DNA of 64,000 bases from the NCBI GenBank assembly GCA_965153285.1, contig OZ229116.1; one strand, given 5' to 3'. The notes under the pieces are model-generated. The model had not been told where the DNA came from. It ran no database searches and worked only from the letters and a program-made list of their open reading frames with translations. A program made the position numbers and the translations under genes. Positions 10,730 to 23,898 of this stretch are shown one piece after another. Origin of the DNA: Podarcis tiliguerta. Lineage: Eukaryota. Each line of letters starts with the position of its first letter. The first letter of the stretch is position 1.

Positions 10730-11400
10730 TCCCCCCCCCCCCGGAAGAGGCTATTGTTGTGCGGTAATTTGCGAGCGAGCTTTTTCTGCTGGCGCGAGGA
10801 AGGGGAGGAGAAGCTTCACTTTCTGTGTTTTCGAGGCAGAACCAGTCAAGCGGGCGGCGGGGGCAGCTCCGACCCCACCAGCAGCCCACCCCCTCTCCAG
10901 CCGGGCCAGTCACTCACTCAGCGCCTGGTCTCGGCTGTTCTCGAATTCCCTCCGGTTGCCCTGACAAAAATGGCGGCACTGGCAGCGGCAAGCGAAGTCC
11001 AGCATCCATCCGGCGGCGACCGCCTCCACCTGAGAGAAAGGAATCTGCGCCTCGTCACGGCCAGCCGGACCTGCCGCCGCGGGACTCGGTCGAGTGGGAC
11101 GAACCGGGCCGGAAACCGTTAAACTCGCCTCAACGTCCATTTCCGAATCTGGCGCGCTCAAAACGAATAGGTAAAACTCCGCCCCCTTTTCGCTCAAGCG
11201 TCCCGCTACGTCACCGGTCCCATTCTGGCCACGCCTCTTCCCGCCGCTTCGCGGGCCATCTGGGAAGGAGTCCCGCTTCTTTCCTAGATATAGAAGGGGG
11301 GGGGGGAGGATTATGCACAGCGCTCACTTCCGGACTTTATTTAATGCTGCCCTCTTTTTCCGGGGCAGGATAATAACACGGAGAACCGTCCCTGACTCTC
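10730..11400. promoter_or_regulatory. CpG island / TERF1 promoter
   Basis: Sharp rise in GC and CpG around exon 1. GC box 11179-11184, CRE-like TACGTCA 11207-11213, E2F-like TTCCCGCC 11238-11245, ETS/GABP-like CACTTCCGG 11325-11333. Confidence 0.85.
10918..11140 (-). CDS. TERF1: TERF1 coding exon 1 (N-terminus and start of TRFH domain)
   Basis: ATG at 11140 inside a CpG island. Translates MDVEASL...EAVAAGWMLDFACRCQCRHF...NSRDQAL, matching TRF1 EAVAAGWMLDF. Phase-1 donor A|GTGAGT at 10917. 223 nt. The exact start codon is inferred. Confidence 0.9.
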
Positions 11401-13199
11401 CCTCTTTTCTGTATTGCGAACAAACATTTTTTATGCTTTGTTTTGTGACCAAATGATATTTTCTCTTCCCTCTTTCTTTGCATGGCTACTGCATGTTTTT
11501 TATTTGTAATTATCTGTCTGCCTTTAATCGATCTTTTATATTTAGTTTTAATTTTATTAATGTTTAATTGTTTTTTTTTATGAACCCCCCGCCCCCCATG
11601 TTTTCAGCTGCGCCTTCTTTATCTGTAGACCGCCTTGAGTCCTTGTCAGGGGAAAAGGCGAGATAAAAATAAAAATAATACGTAATAATAATGTTCGATG
11701 AAAGTGTTTTCATTGTGCCAGTTTGGCAGCTTTAGCCTTCTGGAGAGGCTGAATGGGGGAAAGTAGATGTTTCATCACATATCCCTTCTCCAGTCCCAAG
11801 GAACTTAGGGTGGCACATCTCATCCTCCCCTTTTATCTTCACCACAACCCTGTGAGATAGGCTAGGCTGAGATAATCAGGACTTGCATGAGATCACCTCT
11901 TGAACTTCGTGGCTAAGGATTTGAACCTTGGTCTGCACAGTCCTGGTCCGCCACATAACCACTTCAGGGATGGGGAAAACCAGTGGAGCTCGGGTATTTG
12001 TTGAACTACAACTCCCATCATCCCTGACCATTGACTGGGCTGGTGGGAGTAGGAGAGCCACAGGTTAGCCACTTCTGCAGTGCACCACTGGTATTGTTGA
12101 CTATTTTAAGAAGGGTTGACCGTGTGGACGATGCAATCCTTAGTTCTTCAGAGTTTGGAAGAAGCATTGGCTTTTCAGCTCTTAAGTCAGGGATTGTTCC
12201 ATATTTTAAGCAGAAGAGTGGAGACCACATCAGACATCTATAATAAGACTTTTGTAGAAGCCGTTCTACTAGACCCAGCCAACGTGACCAATGGTTAGGG
12301 GGTGATGGGCGTTGTAGTCCCACAGCTAGAGGGCCACAGTTTCACCACCCTGCTCTAAAGAGAAGTTATAATGATGTGACTTGCAAGTGCACCCCTTTTT
12401 ATATGCCATTTTTATATATAGTCATCAGCAGACTGGGAGAATTCATTACATCCCATCAGAATGCGGCTTGATGGAAGAAGGACATGATCTCTCTAACTCC
12501 CATTCTCTCTGCAAAGAGATCCCTTAGGAGCTATAGGATTTAATAAAACCTTTTCCTTTCATCAGCTGAAGAGTTCCTGAGGGTATAACCCAGCACACTG
12601 GGACTTGGGTTGCTTTTGATTACATAAAAGAACAGTGTTCTTCATAGCGACTTGCTTAAATTGAAATGGGCATGACTGCATTCCAAGAAAGCTTGGTTCT
12701 AGTTGGTTTGATGCTAATTATTACCATTTGATTTAGTGCTGAGATCAGCTAGTTCTCATCATTTCCTGCCAAACTGAAACTGAATTGAACTGTTGTACAT
12801 GCCACTGAATTATTGTGGAAAATTAGAGTGACTCTTTTCCTTGGTTCTCCCTACACTGTTTTAACTTTCAGGTGAGATAATTTTTCAGCTTTCCTGCACT
12901 GGTTTTCAGTAAGGACTCCCCTTTTTACTATTTGGGTTGAATTAATAAAATGGTGCAAATTTTAATTCTGGGGTGGGGAGGTTGTGGGGAGTCCACTGTA
13001 TTGCCAGTCAAATAGGATCACGATAAGCAAACAAGCATCTTGCTACAATTTCACCTTCGTTTGTATTTTTTAAAGTTTCCATTAGGGTGATTCTTTGAGG
13101 TTAATTAGCAAAATTGTGCAAGATACATTTTTAAAAAATATTATCATCCCGCCCCAAATATCTTTAAAACAAGTACAAGGAACTGAAAGACAAGTATAC

Positions 13200-13670
13200 T
13201 GTTGTGAGTTTGGGGTGGGGTGCGCTGTATGTCTGAATTCCTTCCAATTCCTGGAACCAGTTGTGATTCAAATTGCTGGAATAGCCAGGCAAGATCCTTG
13301 CTAATGGCCCAAGTATGGGTTGTTAAGGTAACAAAGGAATTGGCTCCTCCAGAGGACAAATGGGTGGGTCCCCCTCTTAAAAATGTCTTTCAGTTAGAAA
13401 GACAAAGTCCAGAGTTGAGGTGTGTAAGCTAGAAGCAAGGTTGCAGGCTGGGCAGCTGAGAGACAGAGCTGTGCCTGATCTTTGCTTGAATCCAAGGCTG
13501 TGGCTATGGGAGAAGCAAAGCTTTTTGGGTTGTTAATGTTGTGAGCCCCTTCATTGTAGGCTCAGGTTGTATATATGTGTAAATGAACCATACATCATAA
13601 AGACACTGCAGTATCTGCTGTCCCTCATTCCAAGGAAACCAAACCTTGGAAAAGCATGATTGGCCTGGTT
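13200..13670 (+). mobile_element. Solo-LTR-like sequence
   Basis: Begins TGTTGTG, with a GC-richer interior and a TGTATATATGTGTAAAT...ATAAAGAC block near the end. No TSD or right boundary confirmed. Confidence 0.35.
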
Positions 13671-16619
13671 TTAGAAACAATTCTCTCTATGCAATAAAGA
13701 ATAGATAGCAGATACCTGGGCAGAGCACATAAATAAAGTCTCCTGTTTTGATGACCGAAATCAGAGAAATACAAGAGTGGGTGAAAACAAAGATGCTATT
13801 AATTTTAACTTCAGTAAAGATGATAGGTCAAATAATGTTTGTATATAAAGGAGTGAACATTAATAGCCCATAACAGAAATGCTACATATGTAACAAACGA
13901 TCTCAGAAGAGATTAAGCATATTTGGATTTGGTTGATTCTAGGAGAATATGGAATGAGAACAAGAAATATGGGTGTAGGAAGACATGAATATTCAATAAC
14001 CATTTTGCACAATCCCCTTGGGTAATGTTTATGCCTTTTAGTGTTGAGAAATATTTAGTGACAGAAATATTTATGGGAGCTGAATTCTGGCATGCATGCA
14101 TGCATGTGTATCCATGGAAACTGTACAACAAATTCCTACCCTAGCTACTTATTCAAAACCATAATAACATTTCCCATACCAATCACAGCTCAACAGTAGA
14201 TCTGAATTTCATCAACCTGCAGTCATTCTACAGATAATCTGCTTAACATAATTTTTAAATGGAAAAATGGTTACTTTTTAAAAAACATTCTGGAATCTAA
14301 GGCTGTACCCAGGGGACACAGCAATCCTATTTCTGGAGTGCCACCAGCAGAGCTCTGCAGAGTATCTCAATGGTAGTGGCAGCAGCAGCTGAAGGTAGGG
14401 CAGGCAGATTAGGCAACATCTGGAAGGCCTTTGGTTGTCCACTCCCTGACCTTCACCTATCAGCTGGATCATCCACGCAGAAGGTACCTTCTTTCTGGTA
14501 CCATTTTCTACTGTTTCTTATGGACATGAATTCTAATTTCCCTTATTTTATCTCTAACTGTTGCCAATACAGTCAACTTGCTAAATCCAGAAAGGTGAAA
14601 TATAGACTACTTGATTTTCACATTACAAAAATATTGTGTCTATACCTGTGTGTGTGCATGCGCACATTCTTTTCCCTGTGAATAATTTCACAATTCCAAT
14701 ATGCTAGTGGTTGGGAAATATATGGAAAATCCTTATTCTGAATCCTGAATATTCCTTACACATTGTTTCCAGGTAAATCACACCAACATCTGGATAGTTT
14801 CTTGAGGCTAAGGCTTCAAATTAATCTCACATTGTCACTGATTAAATTAAAACACAGGCAAGTTGTTGTTTTAGCTGAAGCTTAACAAGGCAAAGATCTG
14901 TCTATAGAAACTGTTTATACATGCACATTTCCTTGTAGAATGAAAGGTTTCCTTAGAAAAAAAGAAAGGGGGGGCAGGGATAAGGAAATTACATATGAAG
15001 AGGGGGGAGAGACAACATAAGAGAAATGATACAATACCATGAATGAATTAAAAGGAAATGTAAAAACAAGACCTGCCTTTCAATCCTTTTATTGATTATT
15101 AAGTATCACATTTCTCTTGTATTTAGGTTTTATCATTAAGGTAGTTTGCCAATCAGTTATGCATTACAGTTTTTGTATTGCACTGTTTTGCTGTTGTAGA
15201 TAATATCATTGCTTTTGTGCCCTGCTATGTACAGTAACCCATCTTCATCTCTGTCCTGTGGAGATTTCTGGTCCACAGGGCCCTCCTTATCATTAAGGTG
15301 AGTGAGGTAACCACCTGAGGTGGCAGATGCTAAGAAATGGTGATGCCAGCACTCTGGCTGTTGCTTCTCATTCCTCGCCCAGCCATTCGCCTCTGCTGAA
15401 GGGAAGAGCGATGTGTGTCATGCAGCCTGTCCTGCAACCCCCTGAACTAGCTGGGTGCCTCAGGTGCAGACAAGATTATTCCCTTTGCTAATGTTGGAGA
15501 AGTAATCCACTGCTAGTCCGGTTTCTGGCCATATCTCCTCTTTCATAGGCATATACAGTCAGACTATGAGTTTTTCTTATCACAGAAAGGAACTGCTTCA
15601 GCAACAGCCCATTCTGTGGCATCAAGTGGGATACCAAACAGAAGAAGTTCCCCAACCCCTTTGAGGGCTCTCCTGAACAAGGTAGGATGGTGTGTGTGCT
15701 TGTGTGCAGGGAGTGGCTTCTGGTGGAGGTGAAAATCAACAAAAAACACACTTCTATTCTAAGACAGGTGAATTTAGGTAACTTTCCGTAACTTCTTTCC
15801 ATGAGCATCCTTACATTAATTTATCTTAGGATTTAACCCTGTGTGAAGAGACCTGTTTCATCTGGTTAGGGCAGTTCTCCAAAGCTCATATTAGCAAGCC
15901 ACTCATGGGAAATCTGCAATATTGTTGACTGTGTGGGACACTTTCTGTCCCCAAACCTCTAGCCTGGAGTTTTAAATTAGTCACAGGATCCATGGCCCTT
16001 ATGCAGGAAAAAAAATATTTACCGGTAATCTGATTATCCTGTCGTTTCCAGACAGGTAACAAATAACATATTGATGTTTCAGCACGCTTCATTAGAATGA
16101 ACACTTCATCATTATAATGCAAAGAGAATGTTTTTGGATCCAGCACTAAAAGCTTCAGTTTTCTTAAACCTGATTATTTTTATCCACTTGTTTTCTACAG
16201 GCCCACAGCTTTGTCCTGCATCCTCAGGGAACCATGATGGTAACTCAAGGATGTGGTCAGTCAGTCAATCATTCAGTTACTTTATTTGAATCCATGAAAT
16301 AGAAATGTAGCACTGCCAGAGTGATACAATGTGAAATATAAAAAATGATTCAATATAAAACACAAGTGAACATACACCAAAACTTCACACACAGAACCTG
16401 AATTTTGGTTGATTGACGATACTGGCAAAATAAACATACGGAGTAGTGGGAATTACTTGCTGGCCAGTTTAAAACCCAACCTTCTCCAGCTGATAAAATG
16501 GTAAGTACACCAGCTGTTTATAAAAGAATAATTAATACGTTTGAAAATTTGCTCTTTGATTACTTTGTAAAACATTTATGTCATTAACAGAAAGTCTTCA
16601 CTTTATAACAAAATTAGAA

Positions 16620-16831
16620 TCACCCTGTGGCATGCCCTTCCATCAGACATCAAAGAGAGAAACAATTATACGACCTTCTGTAGACATCTGAAGGCAGCCC
16701 TGTATCGGGAGGCTTTTAATGTCGGATGTTTTGTTGTGTTCTTCTATATTCTGCTGGAAGCTATCCAGAGTGGCTGGGGCAACCCAGTCAGATGGGCAGG
16801 GTACATGTTAATCATCATCATCATCATCATC
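16620..16831 (+). mobile_element. L2-type LINE 3' end with (ATC)n tail
   Basis: LW-ALP-like coding end, then CCAGAGTGGCTGGGGCAACCCAGTCAGATGGG and a microsatellite tail. The same tail motif occurs at 6550-6650 (minus) and 46790-46865 (plus). Confidence 0.7.
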
Positions 16832-17390
16832 CTTTAATGATATGCCTTACAAAAAATATTTTAAGGATTTGTTAGTTGTAAAATCTAATAAGAACAATAA
16901 AAATCTATCATGATTAGTTGTATAATCTAATAAAAATCTGACAACACAATGCTTCTTTTTGTAAAGAAATTATCCCATTTCAGCTTTCACTAGTCACTAT
17001 CAATAGAAATGAATGAGACTAGTAGATTCTCCGTGGATCTCTTCTGAACACGATAAGAATTCTAGTGTAGCAAAGTGCATTCTCTGATCAGGACAATAGC
17101 AGCTGATGGAGTTGATTTAGAGTGGAAATGTGGGTTGAACACCTTTTTCTCCTAGCATGGCTGCTCCAATGAAAATCTAACAGTTGTTTGAAAGGGGGGA
17201 AGGGGAAGTTCTGGGAGATCCAATCAAGGATGGCCCTTGCCATCATGTCTGGGCTCAGGGCCAGCCCACTCATGAAGCAGTGTGAAGCAGCTACCTTGGG
17301 CAGCAGAAGCTGCTGAGGGCTCATCCCTGTGGGCACCCTGCCTGCTCTCCCTGCCACCGTCAGAAAAGTGGCACTGGCATCAGTGACGAT

Positions 17391-17479
17391 TTCTGGTGAG
17401 ATCTCATGAGATCTCACCAAAATCTCACAAGAAGAGATTTTGTGAGATTTTGGTGGTATCATGTGAGATTGCACCAGAA
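17391..17479. repeat. Long imperfect palindrome built from GAGATCTCA-like units
   Basis: 40-nt arms with 33/40 complementary and a 9-nt loop. The inner 16 bp are perfect (17415-17430 / 17440-17455). Confidence 0.85.
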
Positions 17480-20400
17480 CCTGCTATCAGTGTGTGCCAC
17501 CACTGTATAGGTAAGGGAATGTTATATTTGAATGGGCCCAAGCTTGGTGTGTAGATAGGTTGAAGCATGATTTCTGGAGGATGGCAAACCTTAAACTGGA
17601 TTGGTGTGAAACACTGATTTTACTTCAGCTGCGAACCCATTGGCTAGAGCTTGGGCTTGTAGCAAGAAAACCCTAATCAGTGTGCTCTGCAGAGATGCCA
17701 TCTTAACAGGAGGTCTGTTCGGCACAATATAGGAATGAGGCCTTTAGCACCAACCATTGAAATTCCTTCTTTTTAAATATTAGAGATGTGCCATCTCTGC
17801 TGCCTTTTTGGCACCTGCTCTGTCAACAAGTCTTTTAAGACGAGATCTTTCCCCATCTTTATTGGAATTGCACTTAGATACTTTTAAGCAGCTTTAATTG
17901 ATTTGTATCTTGTTATGTTTGCTATGCTGGGCTCTTTCAGAAGGAAGGGTGCGGTAGATATTTAATAAACAAATAATTCTGCTCTGTTATGGAAATAAAT
18001 CACACTATCCAAATTCTGAAAATATAATTAGTTGACCCTCTTACTTCATATTTTGAACATTGATCAGTTCTTTGAAACAGGGAAGAGGGCAATGGTGCTT
18101 GATCCCTCCACACTTACCATTTTCCCTGTCAGAATCGCCCCAAGCTCCTTTAGTCTGATGCCTTCATTTTGTCACGTTTCCTTCCTGTCTCGAATTCTGC
18201 CTGACTTCACGTTTTATTTACAGATCAATTGTTCTCATTCTTATAGCTCAATGGTCTTTTAACGCTTACAAAAATCATTTTCTTTTGTGTGTGTGTCAAA
18301 TATTTTAAATAGAGTACAATAAATATCGGTTAATGCAAGGCTGTTTGTAAGAAAGCTGCATCCACTCCTAATCACATGCAAACTCCCCTGAAGACACTTT
18401 GAATGCAACGGACAGGATATGAAGGAAGGAATGGTGGCCTTTTGGTAGTTATAAGAGCCAAAGACTAGATACAGACTGTTAGAGAAGACATTTGCAGGTA
18501 CCAGGGATTGATTTTGAAAATACTGAGATACTGGAGCAAATGCTAACATCAGAGGATGTCACAGCACTGGAATTTAAGAGAAAGGGCATGGTCCAGCCAA
18601 AGTGAAGGTCAACGGAGGTGGGGAGAATGTCTCAGTGTGCAAATCTTATTTGTAAATAAATACTGCCTGGTGTCTTTGTGCACCTCTGGCTGATGACAGA
18701 AGATAAATGGAAGGAAATAATTTAATAAAATTATACATGGTGTGTAGAGAAAAAGCAGGTGGTGAAACTTTCCTCCTTAGCACTGATCTGAAATTGCCCC
18801 TTGCAGTCCATTCTTCTGTTCACAAGTATCTGTGTGGGAGGGGAGGGATATTTTGGTGATTAGGAGGGGTGGTGTAGAGAGCGAAAAGCCACCAGAACCA
18901 GTAGCAGATGGCACGGTGGGGCATTGCCACCCAACCGACTTCCAGGAGGTAGAGAGGGAGGTGACAGCAAGGTCGGCATTATGCAGTGCTGTTTGCCGTG
19001 AGCCAAGATTGTCTAGGCAGGAAACAAATCAGCAAAATTGGCTATTGCTGATAAGACAACTCTGGGCTGTTTTCAGGAATCAAATTGTTAACTTTTTATG
19101 AACGTTTTACTAAGATAAAGAACTTAACTGTTTCAATTATTTGTATATACAGCTGTACACAATGAAGAAACTATTGCCTATGGAAATGGGAGTCAGGGAC
19201 AAATTAGTGTTACAATAATTATTTTCGTATCTTTATTTTTTTTTAAATAGCTATGCCTCCCCCCATCCCAAATCTGGATTTGGACTGCACCATGGAGGAG
19301 GGGGCATAACCCTTTGCCCTGTGCAGTGTTCTCAAGAGGAAAATGTCCCAGAATATAAAACAAATTGAAAGAATATTAGTGATCTGCATAGCGGACAACT
19401 ATATTAGTTACTTATAAAGAATGCAGTTGTAATACATAATAGGACACGTGCTGTAACAGGGGCAGTAACCCTGTGATTTGTATTTTTTAAAAAATATATA
19501 TTTAAAAGATGTTTGAACATTTTTCTTTTGACTGCTATGATGTCAACCACTATGATGCCAAAAAGGGACTTGAGCCATTAAAAAATGTTGTTGTTGTAAA
19601 AAAACTGATTTCCCCCACAGCTCCTTCACTGTCATACCATGATGCCAAATGATCCAGCTCTCTACCCTTGGTGTATATTATGTCATCCTGAAAATGCATC
19701 TCTTGCACTTCTGTACTGGAATGTGCTGCCCTCTGGTTAAAAAGCCTCTTTCTCTTGAACCTGTTACCCCACACTTGGAGATTCTGTGTCTCTTTCCCTG
19801 AAGGATTTAGGAGCTCTTGTACTGGCAACCAGAAGCCTTCTATAAGGTACACACTTATAGACTCTTGAGAATGAATCAGGTAAACATGGCACGTGAGATC
19901 CCAAGAGGAAAGCTTACATCAGAAGTGGTTTTAGGGTAGCGCGACCAGTACAGCTGCACTGTGTGCCGATGCTGCAGGGGGCGCCACCGCAATGATGTAG
20001 AACAGAGTGCAAGAGGCATGAGGAGGGCACTGAATTTTAGCATCGCACAGGGCGCTGCTGAAATTTGAGAGCCCAAAGTCTGCCACTGCTTGCATAGGCA
20101 TTCCTAGGAGTGATGGAAGTCAGCGGTGTTCCCAGGTAAAGCAAAAATATTTGTGTTCTAAAGAATCAGACCAAGCAGAAGAATGCAGCTAGCCATGCAG
20201 GAAGGAACAGGCAAATGGGAAAGGAAGGGTGTAGCAGCAGGAAGACACCACAGAAACTGAAAATCACATCAATGCTACTCGGGGAACAGCTACAAAATGT
20301 GCTGTGCTGACTTTGCTTTTTTTACTCTCTTTAAAAAAAAAATATTTAGTAATTAATGAAAAAAGAAATTGTGTTCAAAAAATAATCAAAAAGGAGATTG

Positions 20401-21223
20401 AAAATGTTGGTGAAATTCTCACAGGTGATGGGTGCCTATCTTATTTTCAAAGTTGACAAGGAGTCTTTGGGGGCATCCTTCATTTTATTCTGCAAATCAC
20501 CCCTCCAGTGGTCTGCACTCTGCAGCCTTCCTGAGTGCCTGCATTTGCAGACAATCCCATAATATCAACAGATGGGCTTTCTTGTATCCACAAGAATGTA
20601 GAGAGGCTGCCAGTAGTGCACCTGACTGTCTTTTTACTTTTAAACCAATTGGTGCATAAGTTTACCCTGCACAGAACTGCATTTCCCAGCACCCTTAACA
20701 AGCTACAGTTCCCAGGATTCTTGGGGGGAAGCCTTGTGCTATACACATTTGGTGTGGAAGTGACACTCAGTGGGTTATCTTCATAGCCAAGTGTTTGCTG
20801 TGGAAGCAGCAAGCAAGGGAAATGATCCCGTCCTGAAGTTACTGATTTAAGACTTGTGGGACCTAACAGTATAGGAGAGGAACTACCAATAGAAGAAAAT
20901 CAAGATACAACAAGGGACAATCTATAGTGGAACGGAGAAGTAAAAAAGAGGGCTACACATGCAGACATAACCTAGGAGAATTGGGCTGAGATGCCTTGTA
21001 AGGGAACGAATTAGCTATTGAAGCAAAGTATGAACAATGCAAAGCACCCTTTCTTATCCCATCATCATCCTGTATATTTCTTCCAATAGGTTTTAAGTTT
21101 GTTTCCCCCCATAATGAAACCCAAAGTCACTTATGGATTGACATTTTGGTATGTATGTAATGTTTAATGTAAAGTGGCTTCATGCAGAGAACTGAAATGA
21201 GACACAGATGATTCATTTACACA

Positions 21224-21229
21224 TTTATT
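21224..21229 (-). terminator. Candidate distal KCNB2 poly(A) signal
   Basis: TTTATT at the left edge of a repeat-free, 3'UTR-like block, followed on the minus strand by a U/GU-rich element (tctgtgtctcatttcagttctct). Confidence 0.35.
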
Positions 21230-23762
21230 GACTATTCTGCTTATTCTGGCAGACTGAAATGGAGAACAATGCCATTCATTTTACAGACATTTGACAGAAA
21301 ATAAACAAGTATTTTGATGTTGAACAACTGTACAATACAGACTACCACATGCATATTTAAATGCTGATTGGTGCAGAAATATTTAGCTGATCAGCAAAAA
21401 ACTAGTATAACAAAAAAAAAATCACATTTCCTTTTCATTGATGTTAAAATGCAGCTGATATGGAAACATTGATACGAATACCATTATATGTGAAGTTCTA
21501 TTAATGGTGCAAGATGGACAGTGGTGGGGTGGGGGTGGGGAGTTAAAGTGGTATGCTCTCTACAGAAAAATAAAAGGTGAAAACAAGACATTTCTAGTAA
21601 ATACAAAGATGCAACAAAGCATGCATGATGCTGTTACCATTGCAAAATGCCCTTACAAGAACACTGTAATTTTCAGTCCTGCTCCATCCCTAAAATAGAA
21701 GTAATATATACAACAAAAGCAGCAGACTCTCCCATTTTGGATGGGGCATTTTGTAAAGGCAGATGAATGAGATTAGATGAGACTTATCATATATGCACAT
21801 ATCTCCTATCCCAAAAGGATGCTTTGTTTTTTAAAAAGGAGAATATGTTGTTAGTATAGCAGTTTACAGTGAAATGCTGCCATTCGTTCAAAACTGAGCG
21901 ATAGTAAAGACACAGCTATTGTGCCAGTACAATTTTAAAAAATACTGTTGTGCTTCCCTCCCCCACCACAGTATTTGTAGCGTCCATAGAAGAAAACATT
22001 GTTAAGTAAACTCAGTCCATGCTACTGTAGATATGAAACAAATATGGGAGATAACATCTAACTGATAAACATGAAACAGTACATATTGAGTGGTTATTTA
22101 CAGTTATCTCAATGCAACAGGCTAAGTGCTGAGTGCTGTTTGTTACTGAAAACTGATCTCTAAATGTTTAGATTTTTATCTGCATGGCTGGCACTGACTT
22201 GCATATGATGAACGTGGCTAAAGCTCTGAGAATATATAGAGGAATAACACTAAAACTCTGCCCTCCGCCCAGGGATGTGGGATGCAATTCTTTCTCTCTC
22301 CAGTACTCTGACCTAGACAGACAGGAAACCACTTTGCCTGAACCCACAGTAAATGAACCGATCTTTTAGTTTCAGCTTGGCTTTGGATATTGCTTTTTGA
22401 GGGCTGGCTTACTCAGAGATCCCTGTGTGCAAGCAGAAAGTGTTTCCATTGACACACGGCTGTGCTGATTTTTCATCTGGCTGTAGCTTGCTCGGGAGAA
22501 GCCACTCCAGGGGGACCCTCTCAAAAGCAAAACAGCACCCTTAGGGTGAACAGAAGCGCTTTCTGCCATCACGTGGGGATCTTTGGACCCAAGGTTCCAT
22601 CCCTATTGTGAGAACGAATCTGAAACCTCCCTGTGTAAGCAGCATGATGAAGTGAACATACAGGGAGACAATGGAAAAATTAAATAATAATTTCATGTAA
22701 CACCCAATAAGGAGAAAAGCCTATCCACACTTTTTTCAGGACATAAATATACATGGTTGAGAAGCTGATTTTCCATCATTGTCCACTTATGTAGTAGCCA
22801 TTTACATTTAAGACATGGGCAGAAAACACTCTGCAGGCAGGTTGTGGTCTTGTTTCTTATAAATCAGAAGCAGCTCCAAGAGAGCAGCAGCCCATTTGCT
22901 TTCATGGCCAGCTGTGGCTTCTGTGGAGTTGGATTTTGATCAGCCCTATGCCTATAATATTTTTGGACTACAACTCCCATAATCCCTGACCATTGGCCAT
23001 GCTGGCTAAGGCTGATGGGAGTCCAACAGCATCTGGAGGGCCCCAGACTGTGGAAGGCTGATCACCTTGTTACATAAGGTGAGTGTACAGAATTGCTGCC
23101 TCCATACTAATACTGCTTGCTGTCTCAGTAGAGTTTGACACTTAATGAACAGTATTTTGAGTGCTACACTCTGTCACTGGGAGCAATTACTTAGACCACT
23201 GTGTCCTCTTTGAAGATTGCTCACTCGTTATAATAAAGGTGAGAGGCTGCATTGGCTAGGATCCAAACAGATTCATGCATGAACAGAAAGAACGCCACGT
23301 GTGTGTGTGTGATGTGATTTGCCAGTTTTGCTTTTCATATTGTGTTGCAATACATTCCAGGGATTTGTGGATCCTCAGGGCACCTTTCTCTCTGTGTGTT
23401 TGTGCTGTGCTTTAAGAAGCAAAGGTGGGAAAGGGGTGTGTGCAGCTCTTCTGATATTTCTCATAGTACGTGAGCTGCCAAGGTGGCATGCACATATTTG
23501 TTTATCTAGAAGAACCTCCATTTCACTGCCGCTATGACACTGGGCTTGACCAAAGATTAGTAGCTTGATACTTATGCATATGTAAAAGAGGAATGGGAAG
23601 GGTCAAGTCCCTAAACAAAAGTCCCCAAAGTGCTCAGGCACAGGGGGGATACAAGAAAGTAGCCTTTAGGCGTCAGCACATTGAAACAAACCCCCAGCTA
23701 TTACAAAAATGCCAGGCATACTTCTGTGCACCTGTTGGCTTTTGCAGCTTGATGTGCTACAG

Positions 23763-23898
23763 CAGGCTTCCTCAAACTCAGCCCTCCAGATGGTTTGAGA
23801 CGACAGTTCCCATCATCCCTGACCACTGGACCTGCTAGCTAGGGATTGTGGGAGTTGTAGGCCAAAAACATCTGGAGGGCCGAGTTAGAGGAAGCCTG
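23763..23898. mobile_element. hAT (Charlie-like) hairpin MITE, 136 bp
   Basis: Arms CAGGCTTCCTCAAACTC...CCCTCCAGATG / CATCTGGAGGG...GAGTTAGAGGAAGCCTG. Perfect 8-bp TSD TGCTACAG (23755-23762, 23899-23906). Confidence 0.9.

Noticed and set aside
11141-11197. Upstream extension MSEKGAEFYLF... of TERF1
   Set aside because: It starts at a non-ATG codon and overlaps promoter motifs. The first in-frame ATG is at 11140.
10721-11373. Plus-strand 133-aa and 182-aa ORFs
   Set aside because: Stop-poor frames expected in a CpG island antisense to TERF1 exon 1. Low-complexity Pro/Arg/Ser content with no recognisable domain.
4744-13090. Scattered TTAGGG hexamers near TERF1 as an autoregulatory telomeric array
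   Set aside because: Only isolated single hexamers at chance frequency, with no tandem array.
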